From: Octopus bimaculoides
Taxonomy: Eukaryota
Length of the DNA stretch: 64,000 nt
Assembly: GCF_001194135.2 (NCBI RefSeq)
Contig: NC_068984.1
Location: forward strand, 118,586,960 to 118,650,959
Reading direction: 5' to 3'
This document shows positions 38,110 to 49,188 of this stretch, one piece after another (within the stretch, counting starts at the first letter, position 1; every line of letters begins with the position of its first letter). The notes under the pieces were generated by a model. The model worked only from the letters and a program-made list of their open reading frames with translations. It ran no database searches and was not told the origin of the DNA. A program made the translations under genes and the position numbers.

Positions 38110-38630
38110 CCCCCACCTGTTGTATGAAGAGATGCCAATGCATATGAATGAAGATGATTGCATCAAGAGGTGCCGATCCCTGATTGTGGAGGGAACACGT
38201 GGAAGGGGTAGACCCAGGAAGATGTGGGACGAAGTGGTGAGAAAGGATCTACAGACGTTGGAACTCAGAGAGGAGATGACAGGGGACTGAGACTCCTGGC
38301 AGTTTGCTGTGCTTGAAGACATGTAAAGCTAAGTAAAAACACAGTTGTCCTCGCATACAGGCTTGTCTCCTGTAACCCCTGCCACCTGAGCATCCCTAAT
38401 CTTGTGGACTCATAGGTGCTGGTGCCACATAAAAAGCACCCATGCCGGTGCTGCACAAAAGCACCCAGTATACTCTGTAAAGTGGTTGGCATTAGGAAGG
38501 GTATCCAGCTGTAGAAACTATACTAAAACAGACAGGGAGCTTGAACAGCCCTTCAGCTGGTCAGCTCCTGTCAAACCATCCAACCCATTCCAGCATGGAA
38601 AATGGACACTAAATGATGAGGATATATGAT
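38110..38630 (+). mobile_element. RTE LINE 3' end; similar 3' fragments at about 53690-54095, 61040-61505, 46010-46350 (+) and 58660-58850, 8640-8870, 62960-63180 (-)
   Basis: EDDCIKRCRSLIVEGTRGRGRPRKMWDEVVRKDL; shared 3' UTR ggcattaggaagggcatccagc.gtagaaac..gtcaaacc.tccaacccatgccagcatggaa. Confidence 0.85.
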
Positions 38631-39391
38631 GATATATATATATATGTGTGGGTATGTGTTATTTCTTTACTACCCAAAAGGGGGCTACACACAGAGGGGA
38701 CAAACAAGGACAGACAAACGGATTAAGTTGACTATATCGACCCCAGTGCATAACTGGTACTTATTTAATCGACCCCGAGAGGATGAAAGGCAAAGTTGAC
38801 CTCGGCGGAATTTGAACTCAGAACGTAGCGGCAGATGAAATACCGCCAAGCATTTCGCCTGGCGTGCTAACATTTCTGCCAGCTCACCGCCATAAGTGTG
38901 GGTATGTGTATGTGTTTATCTATGTCTGTGTATGCAATTATGTTTGACACAACAGTATCGGTTAAAACAAGACGCATGTTGTGTAAAAATGGTTGATAAT
39001 CATTTGACAAAATATAATACCAGATAGATATAGGTATTGTGGGTTGATATGATTAACTAAAAATCCTATAAACAATTTTTTAGCATGGCTGCGGTTAAAT
39101 GGCCAAACCAAATAAAAAGAGTGTCGTCGTTGTTGTCGTCGTCATCAGCCATTTTCCATGTTGGCATAAGTTAGACAGTTTGAAAGGATCTGACAAGCTA
39201 GAACACTGTGCCAAGCTCCAATACCAACATCAGCTTTGGCATGTTTTCAACAGCTGCATGTGCTTCCTAATGCAATCACCTTTCAGTGCGTACTGGGTTC
39301 TTTGTCTTGTGTAACCAGCACTTGTGAGGTTGTGAAGTAAGAAGCAAGACAGACAAAAGAAGAGTAAAGAGAAAACACCGCCCCATGACTA

Positions 39392-39413
39392 AGAGAGAGA
39401 GAGAGAGAGAGAG

Positions 39414-39468
<55 letters not shown>

Positions 39469-39480
39469 AAGAGAGAGAGA
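39392..39480. repeat. Compound (GA)n(GT)n(GA)n microsatellite; other (TA)n/(CA)n arrays at about 29120-29300, 34804-34846, 35733-35778, 40066-40126, 57880-58030, 62095-62300
   Basis: Direct reading; these arrays generate the spurious MCVCV/HTHT/YIYI ORFs in the track. Confidence 0.95.
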
Positions 39481-40062
39481 TTATTGGGAAGTTTCTTAAG
39501 TTTTGTGGCTGGAATCCATGCAACAGAAATGCATGTTCATCTAATAAAATTTGGTTGCTAACTTGAATTAGACTACAAACAGGCTCCATGCTATCTACAT
39601 GTGTTTGTATGTATTAGAACAGCTATGCAATTTATACTATGCTGCCAAATTATAGCAACATGCTTGCATGAAATTCTGCAAATTTGTTATTGATGCACTT
39701 TTGTGTAACTTATTTATAAATACTTTGATGTTATAAATAACTGCTTGTCCATCTTTTATTTTATCTTTATTTTCATTAGCTCTACCAGTGTGTTTCCCAT
39801 AGTCAGCTTTTGTTTACCTGAATTATGTCTCCCATGATTTAATGTTGGAATTTAGGAATTCAACCACTAATCTACACTCTTTGATGTGCTTGTATGCATT
39901 GCATGAGTCCATATATGCATGTGTGTGTGTGTGTGTGTGTATGTGTGTGTGTATTTGAGACATATTTGAACCTGTAAGAAACACATTCACTGTATTTTGT
40001 CATGGAGAAATTTTCTGTAATGGGTTCAAATATGACTGAAGCATATTTAAATTAGTAGCAAG

Positions 40063-40101
<39 letters not shown>

Positions 40102-40129
40102 GCACACACACACACACACACACACAAAT

Positions 40130-41222
40130 ATCTGAAAGTTTGAAAACATAGCTGAAGTGCAAAGACAATTCAGGAGGGAGTTTCAAAACAAATCCATTAA
40201 CATGACAGAATTAGACATAAGTTTGAAGCAGATGGAAGTGTTCAGAATGTCCGCAAGAAATGTTCCAGAAGACTGCAGACACTGATAAGCCCCACAAAGC
40301 AAGAAAGGGAGTTAAAAGCATATTGTTGGGGTTCAAGAAAATGTGTGCAACAAGTGCATCATGAGATAGAAATTTCAAAATCATGTATCCACCACCATTT
40401 TGAAATATTGTCATTGGACAATTACATTCCAAGAATAAGCCATACTCGCAATGAAGATGATCCAGACTGAAAAGCTGAGTTTTGTGAGTGGTACTGTGAA
40501 AGATGTATAGAATATGCAAACTTTCCAATAAAGGCTGTTTGGAGAGATGAGGCTACATTTATATTAAATGGCTCAATTGTTTACCACAATTGCACCTACT
40601 GGGGACCAGAGAATACATACATTAAGAAGGAACATTCTGTTAATTTACCAAGAGTTACAGTATGGTGCAGCTTATTAAAAGGATTAATTGGACCATTCTT
40701 TTTGACAGTACCTATGACTGATCCCTTTTACTTGAACTTGCTGCTAGAACCTGTCATACCCAGGAGTCTTATTTCCAGCAAGATAGGGCACACCCATACT
40801 ACCATTGTAATGTAAGTCTCTACTTTGATAAAATTTTTCCAAACAAGTGGAATGAATGAAGTGGTTCAGTAGAATAACCTCTGCTTTTATCAGATCTCAC
40901 ACCACTAAATTTTTTTCTTTATGGGGATACTTAAAGTTAATGGTACAAAACCAACAATAGTCAACATATTGAGGACACCCAGTGTACAAGAATGCACACA
41001 CATACTGAATGAAATGTTTCTTGGTGCATGTGATTCTATTGCTTTGCATTATCAGCAATGCCTGGACCACAACAGTCAATAGTTTGAAAACAGATGTTCA
41101 TAAAAATATTGAATCCTGTGTGTAGATTCTATTAAATTTTGAAAATGAAATGTAGTCTAATATAAACACAGGCTTTATAATCATGCAATGTGTGTATAGA
41201 TATTTTTTAGGAAACCTTGTAT
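40130..41222 (+). mobile_element. Tc1/mariner rosa-like (DD41D) transposase relic
   Basis: Remnants [16 protein letters not shown]...W..*SGSVE*P...SDLTPLNFF with 41-residue spacing; right end resembles a TIR (aggaaaccttgta); left TIR not found. Confidence 0.75.
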
Positions 41223-41689
41223 AAAGCTCTTATATAAGCAAATACTCATTTCATGCAAGCATGAAAACTACCCAAAATACACATGCACACACACACACAC
41301 AGGGCTTCCATGAAATTTCCATCAACCAAATTTCACACACAAAGACACTGATCAGTATCAGACTATAGTAGAAGGCATCTGTCCAATGGGCTGCCCAGGA
41401 GTGGGTTAGAACTTAAAATCATATGGTTGCTAAGCAAACTTTATAACCATACAGCCATAATAATAGTTTCTAATACAGTTACAAAGCCAGAAATTTGCGA
41501 GAAGAGATAGTTGATCATATTGACCACAGTACTCAACTGATACTTATTTTACTGCCCTTAAAAGGATAAAAGGTAAAGGTGACCGTAACAAGGTTTGAAC
41601 ACAGATGGTGAAGAGGCATAATTAAATACCACAAGACATTTAGTTCAACATTCTAACAATGATACCAATCTATTACCCTAACAATAATG

Positions 41690-41860
41690 ACAAGAATATA
41701 TTTGCAGAATAAAAAAGATCCTAAAATCCAAACTGAATGCAGGAAACATCATCCAAGCAATCAACTCCAGCGAAGCATTGCAAATAAGGAATGGGGCAAG
41801 AATTATTGAATGGGGAAAAGATGAGCTAAAGGACATTAACAGGGAAGTAAAGACCTTAAT
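41690..41860 (+). mobile_element. Non-LTR retrotransposon RT relic, R4/NeSL-like
   Basis: QEYICRIKKILKSKLNAGNIIQAIN...IIEWGKDELKDINR resembles the post-RT segment of R4-type elements (from recalled motif). Confidence 0.55.
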
Positions 41861-41867
41861 TGATTGG

Positions 41868-42370
41868 AAGTGTTATCATGTACATTGTTTTGTCTTCGTA
41901 GAAAAGATATTCTGCTCAATACCACAGATTTCCTTGTCAGTTGCTTGACCGTAGCCAGTTGAGCATGTCCCTTAGTGGCTGATGATATGGGCATTTCTGA
42001 TCATGAGCAGAAGTAGTGGGAGAGCATCATAGCCATGTCTTGAGAGGAATTCTTTGGAGTTTGGATAATTCACCTTTGGAAACATGGGTGTTTTGTTTAA
42101 CATCCTTAAACAACCCTTATTCAGGGACCTTTTGAACTGGATGGGCTACTCAACCTAAAGAAAATTCTAAATGGGCCCCACCTGCAAGGTCATGCACAGT
42201 TTATCTTAATATAAAATCACCATGTCGCGCACATATGGTTGTGATGCATGTGCCTGATGTACCCTTATCAGACGGGTAGTCATGATGGGTATACTGGGCT
42301 TCATATATTTTACCCCAATGTCACTTTGATGGCATGCACTGCTCTCTCACTCAATAATAATAATAATAAT
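41868..42370 (+). mobile_element. About 500-bp retroposed repeat with (AAT)n tail
   Basis: Higher-GC island ending ctctctcactc(aat)n; resembles a common octopus repeat from memory. Confidence 0.5.
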
Positions 42371-43453
42371 AACGACAAGAACAACATGATAATCTTCTTT
42401 TTAGGATTATGAGACACTGGGATTCTCAGGAGAGGAGAATACAATTTTTGACATTCATGGCATTCTCAGAAGTATATTAACAATGTAACTCAACACTATA
42501 AACTAATGCAATATTTATTAATTATAACATTCCCTTCATACATACTCTCCCTAGGGTAATTACGAGTATTTGAACTATGAAACTGAAAGTTTACTGTTCG
42601 TGAGCAGTTATACAATACAGTACATGAGATGAGATATAAATCACTAACTCTGTGGCACATAAGTCAAGGTTAACAGTAATCGGTTAACTTATTGACTTAC
42701 TTTTTCTGTAAACTATTGTTAGAATTTATTCTCAGATTCAAACAGCAATGTTGGAAGAAAAATTTTACTAACTGAAGTAGGCACATAATGACCACAGAAT
42801 CTTTAATGGCTTATCAAATGCTGCATGATTTGAGCAGTATCTTATTTATGCATATTGCAAGAAATTTTCTTCTCAAGAAACTAATTGATGTTACATAATT
42901 GTGTGTGAGTTTAAAAACAGAGATAGAAAGTGTGTGCGTTTCATTGGTTTGTATGTGTGTGTACATGTGCATGTAAGTGTGTGTGAGGTTGGTTGCATAT
43001 TTATGTTCTATTTAGTATGTGTAAATTATTTTATCTATTACATTGAAATCTGCATCTGTGATATAACATGACATGTCATTAAATAAATGAGACAAATATA
43101 CAAGTGGTTCCTTTAATTAAGACATTTAAATTTCATGATAAAATATGACAGTTTTACAGTTAACTTCTGCAAGGGAATCACAAAACAAGAAACGATCAAA
43201 TATTCAAGTGAGTTGTCAAGGAATCTTCAAGGATTTTTAAGAAATAGAGTGTATGCTGAAAACAATGGCTGACATATCACTGATAAGCAATAAAAAAATT
43301 GTGAAATTTGCTTTTATGGAAGGTTAGAGGAAGGAGCAAGCTGAATGAATAAATGAGTGAATTAATAAGTGTGAATGAAGAGGAGGTTAGTGACAGAGAA
43401 CTACAGTGAGCTGAGGATAAATGCACACAGACAATAATGGGGTACAAGACTAC

Positions 43454-43492
43454 CTTGGATTCAGTGCTGTCCTTTGAATCCTTCATTACAAT
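43454..43492 (-). CDS. MCTP1: Candidate 39-nt symmetric cassette exon in the C2A-C2B linker (IVMKDSKDSTESK)
   Basis: Long T-rich tract then ctggcag|ATT; donor AAG|gtagtc; phase 0/0 with no stop. Confidence 0.6.
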
Positions 43493-45042
43493 CTGCCAGG
43501 ATGAAAAAATAAAAATGAAAATAAAAACAAAAATTTAAATTTAAAAAAAAAACAACAAAGAAGGTCTGTAACTGTTTGATTCTGCTTGTATGTATATTTT
43601 ATTTTTGCCATGAAGCTAAATATAATCCCATACAAAACAAAAAAAAAAACAGAAAAATCAAAATAAATTTCTTACAGAAATGATTTCTGGAAATCAGTAT
43701 AAGATTTGCAAACAAAAGAAAAAAAAAAAGAATTTTTGGGGGTAGATTTTCTCTTCAGATTTTCAAACAAAGTGGGGGAAAAATAGACTATATCCATCCA
43801 TCCATTCACCTACCCCACCCCCACATACATACAGGTGCAGGCATGGCTATGTGGTAAGAAGCTTGCTTCCCAACCACATGGTTCCAGGTTTAGTCCCACT
43901 GTGTGACATCTTGGGTAAGTATCTTCTGTTATAATTTTGAGCCAACCAAAGCCTTGTGAGATGGAAATTGAAAGAAGCCTGTTATGTATGTATGTATATA
44001 CATGGCACCTTATTCAAGGAACCATGTAGTTGGTAAGCAAGCTACTTACCACATAGCCATGCGTATAGCTCTTATATAAATACTGTACATATTGATTTCA
44101 AATTTTGGCACAAGGCCAGCAAGTTCAGGGAAGTGGGTTAGTCAAATACATCAACCCCAGTGTTCAACTGGTACTTATTTTATCAACACCAAAAGGATGA
44201 AAGGCAAAGTCAACCTTGGCAGAATTTGAACTGGGAACATGAAGATGGACAAAATGCTGCCAAGCATTTTGCTTATTATGCTAACAATTTTGCCAGCTTA
44301 AATATTGTGTATATTAAATGATATTTATCTCTCACTGGATGGAGTACATTTTTTGTGGATCCTGCTTATAATGGAACATTCAACAGTAAATGTATATGTG
44401 TATTTGTTTGTGCTTGGTCCTCACCACTTGATAACCAGTGTTGGTTTGTTTACATCTCCATAATTTAGCTGAATTTGCAATGATAGAATAAATATCAGAC
44501 TAATAAATAAGTACCAAGTATTGGGACTAATTTGTTTAACTAGACCTTTCAAAGTGATGCCCCAGCAAGGCCACAGTCCAATGACGGAAATAAATGAGAG
44601 GATAAAGAATAGAAGGTCCTTTGAAGAATATTAATATTGTAATTTTTTTACATCTGTGTGGGTGTTTCTGCATGTATATTCACACATAACTGAAACAACA
44701 TGGAAAATGCTTGGTAAACATTTATTATTTAATAAAAGTAACATTCATTTTTGCATATGCAAAATCTCTTTCCCTTGTCTATCATATTTCCAAGCTGCAG
44801 ACAATAATACTGTCTAGCAGAATGTGCTATTTACTCACCCCCATCAACTTTGCTTGTTCTATACTTATGTTGCTATGGTATTAAGTAGCTAAGATACAGT
44901 TACGTCTAGAACCTATGTTTATGGCAGTATTTTTCAGGAAATTTTAAAATTATATGATCTATTTTCTGATTGTGGTGAAAAAGGAATAATCCTGGAATCA
45001 TGATGGTGCCAAAGTTTACATTAACAAAAGACAATTACTTAC

Positions 45043-45151
45043 ATTTTCTTTATCTGTTTGAGTCTTAGGGGTGAGAGTCAATTGTAATATAAGGTAGCCC
45101 ATATAAGTTGATTTTCCTTTTTCAGATAACATAACTTTCATTTCCTCAGTC
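45043..45151 (-). CDS. MCTP1: MCTP exon, end of C2A (TEEMKVMLSEKGKSTYMGYLILQLTLTPKTQTDKEN)
   Basis: Acceptor ttttttcag|G, donor AAT|gtaagt; 109 nt, phase 2 in, phase 0 out; G.L.L.L.L.PK last C2 strand. Confidence 0.92.
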
Positions 45152-45361
45152 CTGAAAAAAAGAAAAAAGCAGAAAATGAAACTTTTAAGATGATTTTTGT
45201 CATAAGTTTAATATAACATGATTTAGATGGGTCAGTATCTTTATTAGATTTTGTTTTAGTATTTTAGTTTGCAAAATTGTTTGTGTTGAACAGATTTTGC
45301 TGTAGCCTGGAAGGGTTATTATGCCAATAATAAACACATGCACTGGTTCTATTACACTTCT

Positions 45362-45968
45362 TTTACTCTTTTACTTGTTTCAGTCATTTGACTGCGGCCA
45401 TGCTGGAGCACCGCCTTTAGTCGAGCAAATCGACCCCAGGACTTATTCTTTGTAAGCCTAGTACTTATTCTATCGGTTTCTTTTGCCGAACTGCTAAATT
45501 ACAGGGATGTAAACACACCACCATCGGTTGTCAAGCGATATTGAGGGGAAAAACACAGACACACACATATATATATGAGAGAATTTACGAAAAAAAAACA
45601 ACAACAGACGAGGACAGGTGGTGTAAACAACAAAAGGATGTATTAGTTTAACGCTCGGGAATATAGAAAGTCTTTAACGTTTCGAGCTACGCTCTTCAAC
45701 AGAAAGAATACGGAGAAAACAAGGAGAAAAACACGGAGAAAAAAAAATTGAATGGTTTGGTCAGCGATCTATCATGGCGTCTGATATATACATATACATA
45801 TATACGATGGGCTTCTTTCAGTTTCTGTCTACCAAATCCACTCACAAGGCTTTGGTCGGCCTGAGGCTATAGGAGAAGACACTTGCCCAAGGTGCCACGC
45901 AGTGGGACGGAACCCGGAACAATGTGGTTGGTAAGCAAGCTACTTACCACACAGCCACTCCTGCGCCT
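45362..45968 (-). mobile_element. Composite tRNA-head SINE (family B: head, microsatellite, tail); other copies at about 1-200, 9920-10312, 14210-14380, 43834-43985, 50400-50730, 55000-55160
   Basis: Head aggcgcaggagtggctgtgtggtaagtagc..ggttccgggtt(c)cgtccc; body ccttgtgagtggatttggtagac..gaaactgaaagaagccc; tail gcatggccgcagtcaaatgactgaaacaagtaaaaga. Confidence 0.8.
45585..45780 (-). mobile_element. Penelope-like pLTR fragment with hammerhead-like motif (45671-45707), inserted in a SINE microsatellite
   Basis: TCTTT-CTGTTGA-A-GAGC-gta-GCTC-GAAA-CG-T-T-AAAGA on minus strand; shares cgccatgatagatcgct and cccgagcgtta.actaatacat with the 9710 copy. Confidence 0.72.
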
Positions 45969-46798
45969 ATATTACTATTATTAATCAATTAGTTAATATT
46001 TAATCATTTCAGTGCCACATAAAAAGAACCTATGCCAGTGTCACATGAAAAGCACTCATGCTGGTGCCATGAAAAAAAGGAACTTGTGCTGGTGCCACAC
46101 AAAAAACATCTGGGCCTGTGCCAGTCTCATATAAAAGCACACATGTCAGTGTCACATAGAAAACATCCATGCCATTGCTATGTCAGAAGCACCCAATTTA
46201 CTCTGTAAAGTGGTGGTCATTAAGAAGGACATCCAGCCATATAAATCATGCCATAACAGACAAATCAGAGCCTGATGTAGCTCTCCGGTTAGCTAGTTTC
46301 TGTCAAACATTCTAACCTATACCAGCAAAGAAAATGGACATTAAATGATGATGATAATGATGATGATGAATTAACTAAATTTTTTATTTGATTAATCATT
46401 TTATCAACCAATTAGTCAGTTAAGGTCATCAAAGTTCTTTTGCCATCATTTGTGACCTCATCAATGACATGTCCTCTCTACCCCAGGTCTGCTTTGGGTC
46501 TGTGATTGACGGATCAACCAATTAATCAAGCAATCAATTGGTTAATTAGTTAAGTAATAACAACAACAACAACAGAAGTGAAATGGAACCAGTGCATGTG
46601 TTTATCGTTGGAATAATAACCTTCCCAAGATAAAACAAAATCTTTATTAGATTTTTCTGGAAATCTTTTAGTCACTGTGCAATGGCTATCACGTTAAAGT
46701 GTGGGATCACATTGTCATAAATAGAGCATTGAATTGAACATCTGAGTAAGGTGCATAACTCTGCTTGTTTAAGTTAATCTGACCAAAAACAAAAAAAA

Positions 46799-46800
<2 letters not shown>

Positions 46801-46877
<77 letters not shown>

Positions 46878-46878
46878 T
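46801..46878. repeat. (GA)n microsatellite
   Basis: Direct reading of the sequence. Confidence 0.95.
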
Positions 46879-47192
46879 GAGTTTATTCTGGTCTTATTTC
46901 ACAGTCAATAGGTTTCTGTAAAATTTTTCTCTTTTCCTTTCATTTACATCATGGAAATTAAGCATTTTATGATGAATAAAGGAGAATTAAGGTATAGCTA
47001 TGTGGTTATTGAAGTGACTTTGCAACCTTATGGTATTAGGTATGATTCCACTGCATAAAAATTTGAGTAAGTGTCTGCTACTAAAACCTGAAGTTGAATA
47101 ATACTTTATGCACAAAATATGACAAGCAGAAACAGTGCTGAAGCCCACTGTAAATAACTATAAACCTTACTGGGCTTACTAGTTTGATACTG

Positions 47193-47447
47193 GAAGGTGT
47201 TTATAAGCCATTTAAAAACACAAAAAAAACGTTAGAATTACTTCAACATTTAAATTTAATTTGTCAAAATATTTTCGTCGTTTTTAGACCGTGACCTGTT
47301 CACTGACAGATTCTAATGCAGCAGGGAATTTTGTCAGTGAACAGGTTGTGGTCTCAAAGCAACAAAAATATTGTAACAAACTAAATTTAAATGTTGAAGT
47401 GGACCTAATGGTTTTTGTGTGTTTTTAAATGGCTTATAAACACCTTC
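47193..47447. repeat. 255-bp fold-back (palindromic MITE-like) element
   Basis: About 120-bp arms, gaaggtgtttataagccatttaaaaacac / gtgtttttaaatggcttataaacaccttc, about 11-nt loop. Confidence 0.9.
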
Positions 47448-48452
47448 TACACTGCAATTGTTTTCATTTCAGCACACAATCTCAGATCAGGTCACTTGCT
47501 ATGCAAGTACATCTCCATAACAGTTTGATACTATTTGGGAATAATTCAAGACAGCTTACAATTCTGATGACAAAAAGCTTAAGTGGTCATTTAGGTAAGG
47601 AAATAAAAAATCATCGTGAAGAAACCCACAGTAACACCTCTGCTCAAGCTGTATTAACAAAGATCTGAGCTCAGCAATACTGTGTAATAAATGATAACTT
47701 AATGATACTAAGCTGTTGAACTATATACAGTTGCAAACCATGGCTTCTCCTACACTAGTAACGTGTATCTAGGCAGACTACAGTTTTAATAAATATCTGT
47801 AATATAAAACAATGTATTGAATTGCACAAAAGCTTGATTGTTCCTCTGATAAACCAATATTTGAGCCAGTGGAGATTCTATATCCAAGTAAATATTCTAG
47901 TTTATAAAACGATAGCATAGGAAAACTGATGTACAAAATTGGTTTCAAATTTTAGCACAAGACCATCAATTGCAAGGAGGGGTTAGTTGATCACACTGAC
48001 CCCAGTACACAACTGGTACATATTTTATCGACGTTAACAGGATGAAAAGCAAAGTTGACCCCCTTATTCAGAACATAAAGTCGTAAAAAATGCCGCTAAG
48101 GATATTTGTCCAATGTGCTAATGATTCTGGTAGCTCACCACCTTAACCAGATGTACAATACTGATTTTAAATTTTGGCATGAGGCAAGCAATTTGGAAGG
48201 AGAGAATAAGTCGATTACATTGAGCCCAGCACTCAACTGATACTTATTTTATTGACCCTGTATGGATGAAAGGCAAAGATGACCTCAACGGAACTTGAAC
48301 TCAAAACATAAAGATGGACGAAATGCTGTTAAACATTTTGCTTGGCACATTAATGAATCTGCCAGCTTGCTGCCTTAAACTGATGTACAATATTGATTGG
48401 CAAATGAATAAGCAAATGAAACAAAGTATTGAATAAAGAAATTGCAACTTAC

Positions 48453-48675
48453 ACATTAGGTTCCAATGTGGTAAGGTCGATAGTGGCTGACCCCATTGAG
48501 TCATCATGCATTGCTCGATCATAGTCAAATACCTTTATACTAAGTGGCTTTAAAACATCTTCAACTGGGATTGTAAATTTCTCGTCCCAATGAGGATTAA
48601 GATTTTTATATATTATTCGGCTTTTATGAAGTAGTTTACTATCAATTTTGAATTTGACATATGGATCACTTGTTC
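48453..48675 (-). CDS. MCTP1: MCTP exon, C2A domain (GTSDPYVKFKIDSKLLHKSRIIYKNLNPHWDEKFTIPVEDVLKPLSIKVFDYDRAMHDDSMGSATIDLTTLEPNV)
   Basis: Acceptor ttttcag|GA, donor GT|gtaagt; 223 nt, phase 1 in, phase 2 out; C2 motifs. Confidence 0.96.
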
Positions 48676-48823
48676 CTGAAAAGAGAAAACATTGTTGCTC
48701 TATCATTATGTTTAATGTAAATTCAATAAAAAAATTTTTTTATATTTTTTATTAAAATATAAATCAATAAAATAAATCAATAATGAAATAACAAACAATA
48801 ATTCTATATCTTCAGCATGTTCA

Positions 48824-49188
48824 TTAACCCTTTTGATACAAACTTGCCTGAAATTGCTGCTTCTTCTATGATACAATTTAAAAATTATAAAGTGGTCTAC
48901 ATCAAAACATTCCATCAAAATTTCATGTTAATTTATGTTTCAAACACCAGCTTATTAACGACAAGGTCATTTTACTGACTGCATTATTTTCAAAATTAAT
49001 TGAAACAACAGAAATATGATAACAAAAGGGTCAAAATGATGTAAATTCAAACTTTCAAACATTCCATCAAAATTTCATGTTAATTTATGTTCCAAACAAG
49101 TTATTTTACAAAATTCTTTATTATTTTCAAAATCAATTGATACAAAAGCAGTGTATTTCAACAGAAATATGGTAACAAAAGGATTAAA
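48824..49188. mobile_element. TTAA-CCCTT...AAGGG MITE (piggyBac-like ends) plus partial duplicate; other copies at about 4905-4980, 16016-16235, 24980-25220, 36530-36752, 59836-60081
   Basis: ttaacccttttgatac...aacaaaagggtcaa; shared body catttaattttgaaaataatgaagaatttagtaaa..ggaacataaattaacatgaaattttgatggaagg. Confidence 0.75.

Larger units (their letters stand above)
1012..48675 (-). other. MCTP1: MCTP-family gene span, partial (5' exons and last exon not found in window); 16 in-frame exons plus candidate alternative exons
   Basis: Manual splicing of 16 exons with matching phases gives an uninterrupted ~638-aa ORF with three C2 domains (SDPYV..VFDYD..DDSMG; MDDNGFSDPY..YDHD..KDDFMG; [16 protein letters not shown]), followed by WNFELYMLP, an acidic tract, AIQEVCLQVQ, TFNWSIPWLS and [12 protein letters not shown], all hallmarks of MCTP1/2. 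Assignment to MCTP1 versus MCTP2 is nominal for an invertebrate. Confidence 0.96.

Noticed and set aside
39961-40034. 12-bp inverted repeat catatttgaacc / ggttcaaatatg
   Set aside because: The interior does not pair and there is no TSD or second copy; possibly a tiny MITE remnant but unsupported.
42701-42705. Possible 5-nt microexon (ttctaac...tttacag|AAAAA|gtaagt)
   Set aside because: Weak pyrimidine tract, frameshifting, and such AG/GT pairs are expected by chance in AT-rich introns.
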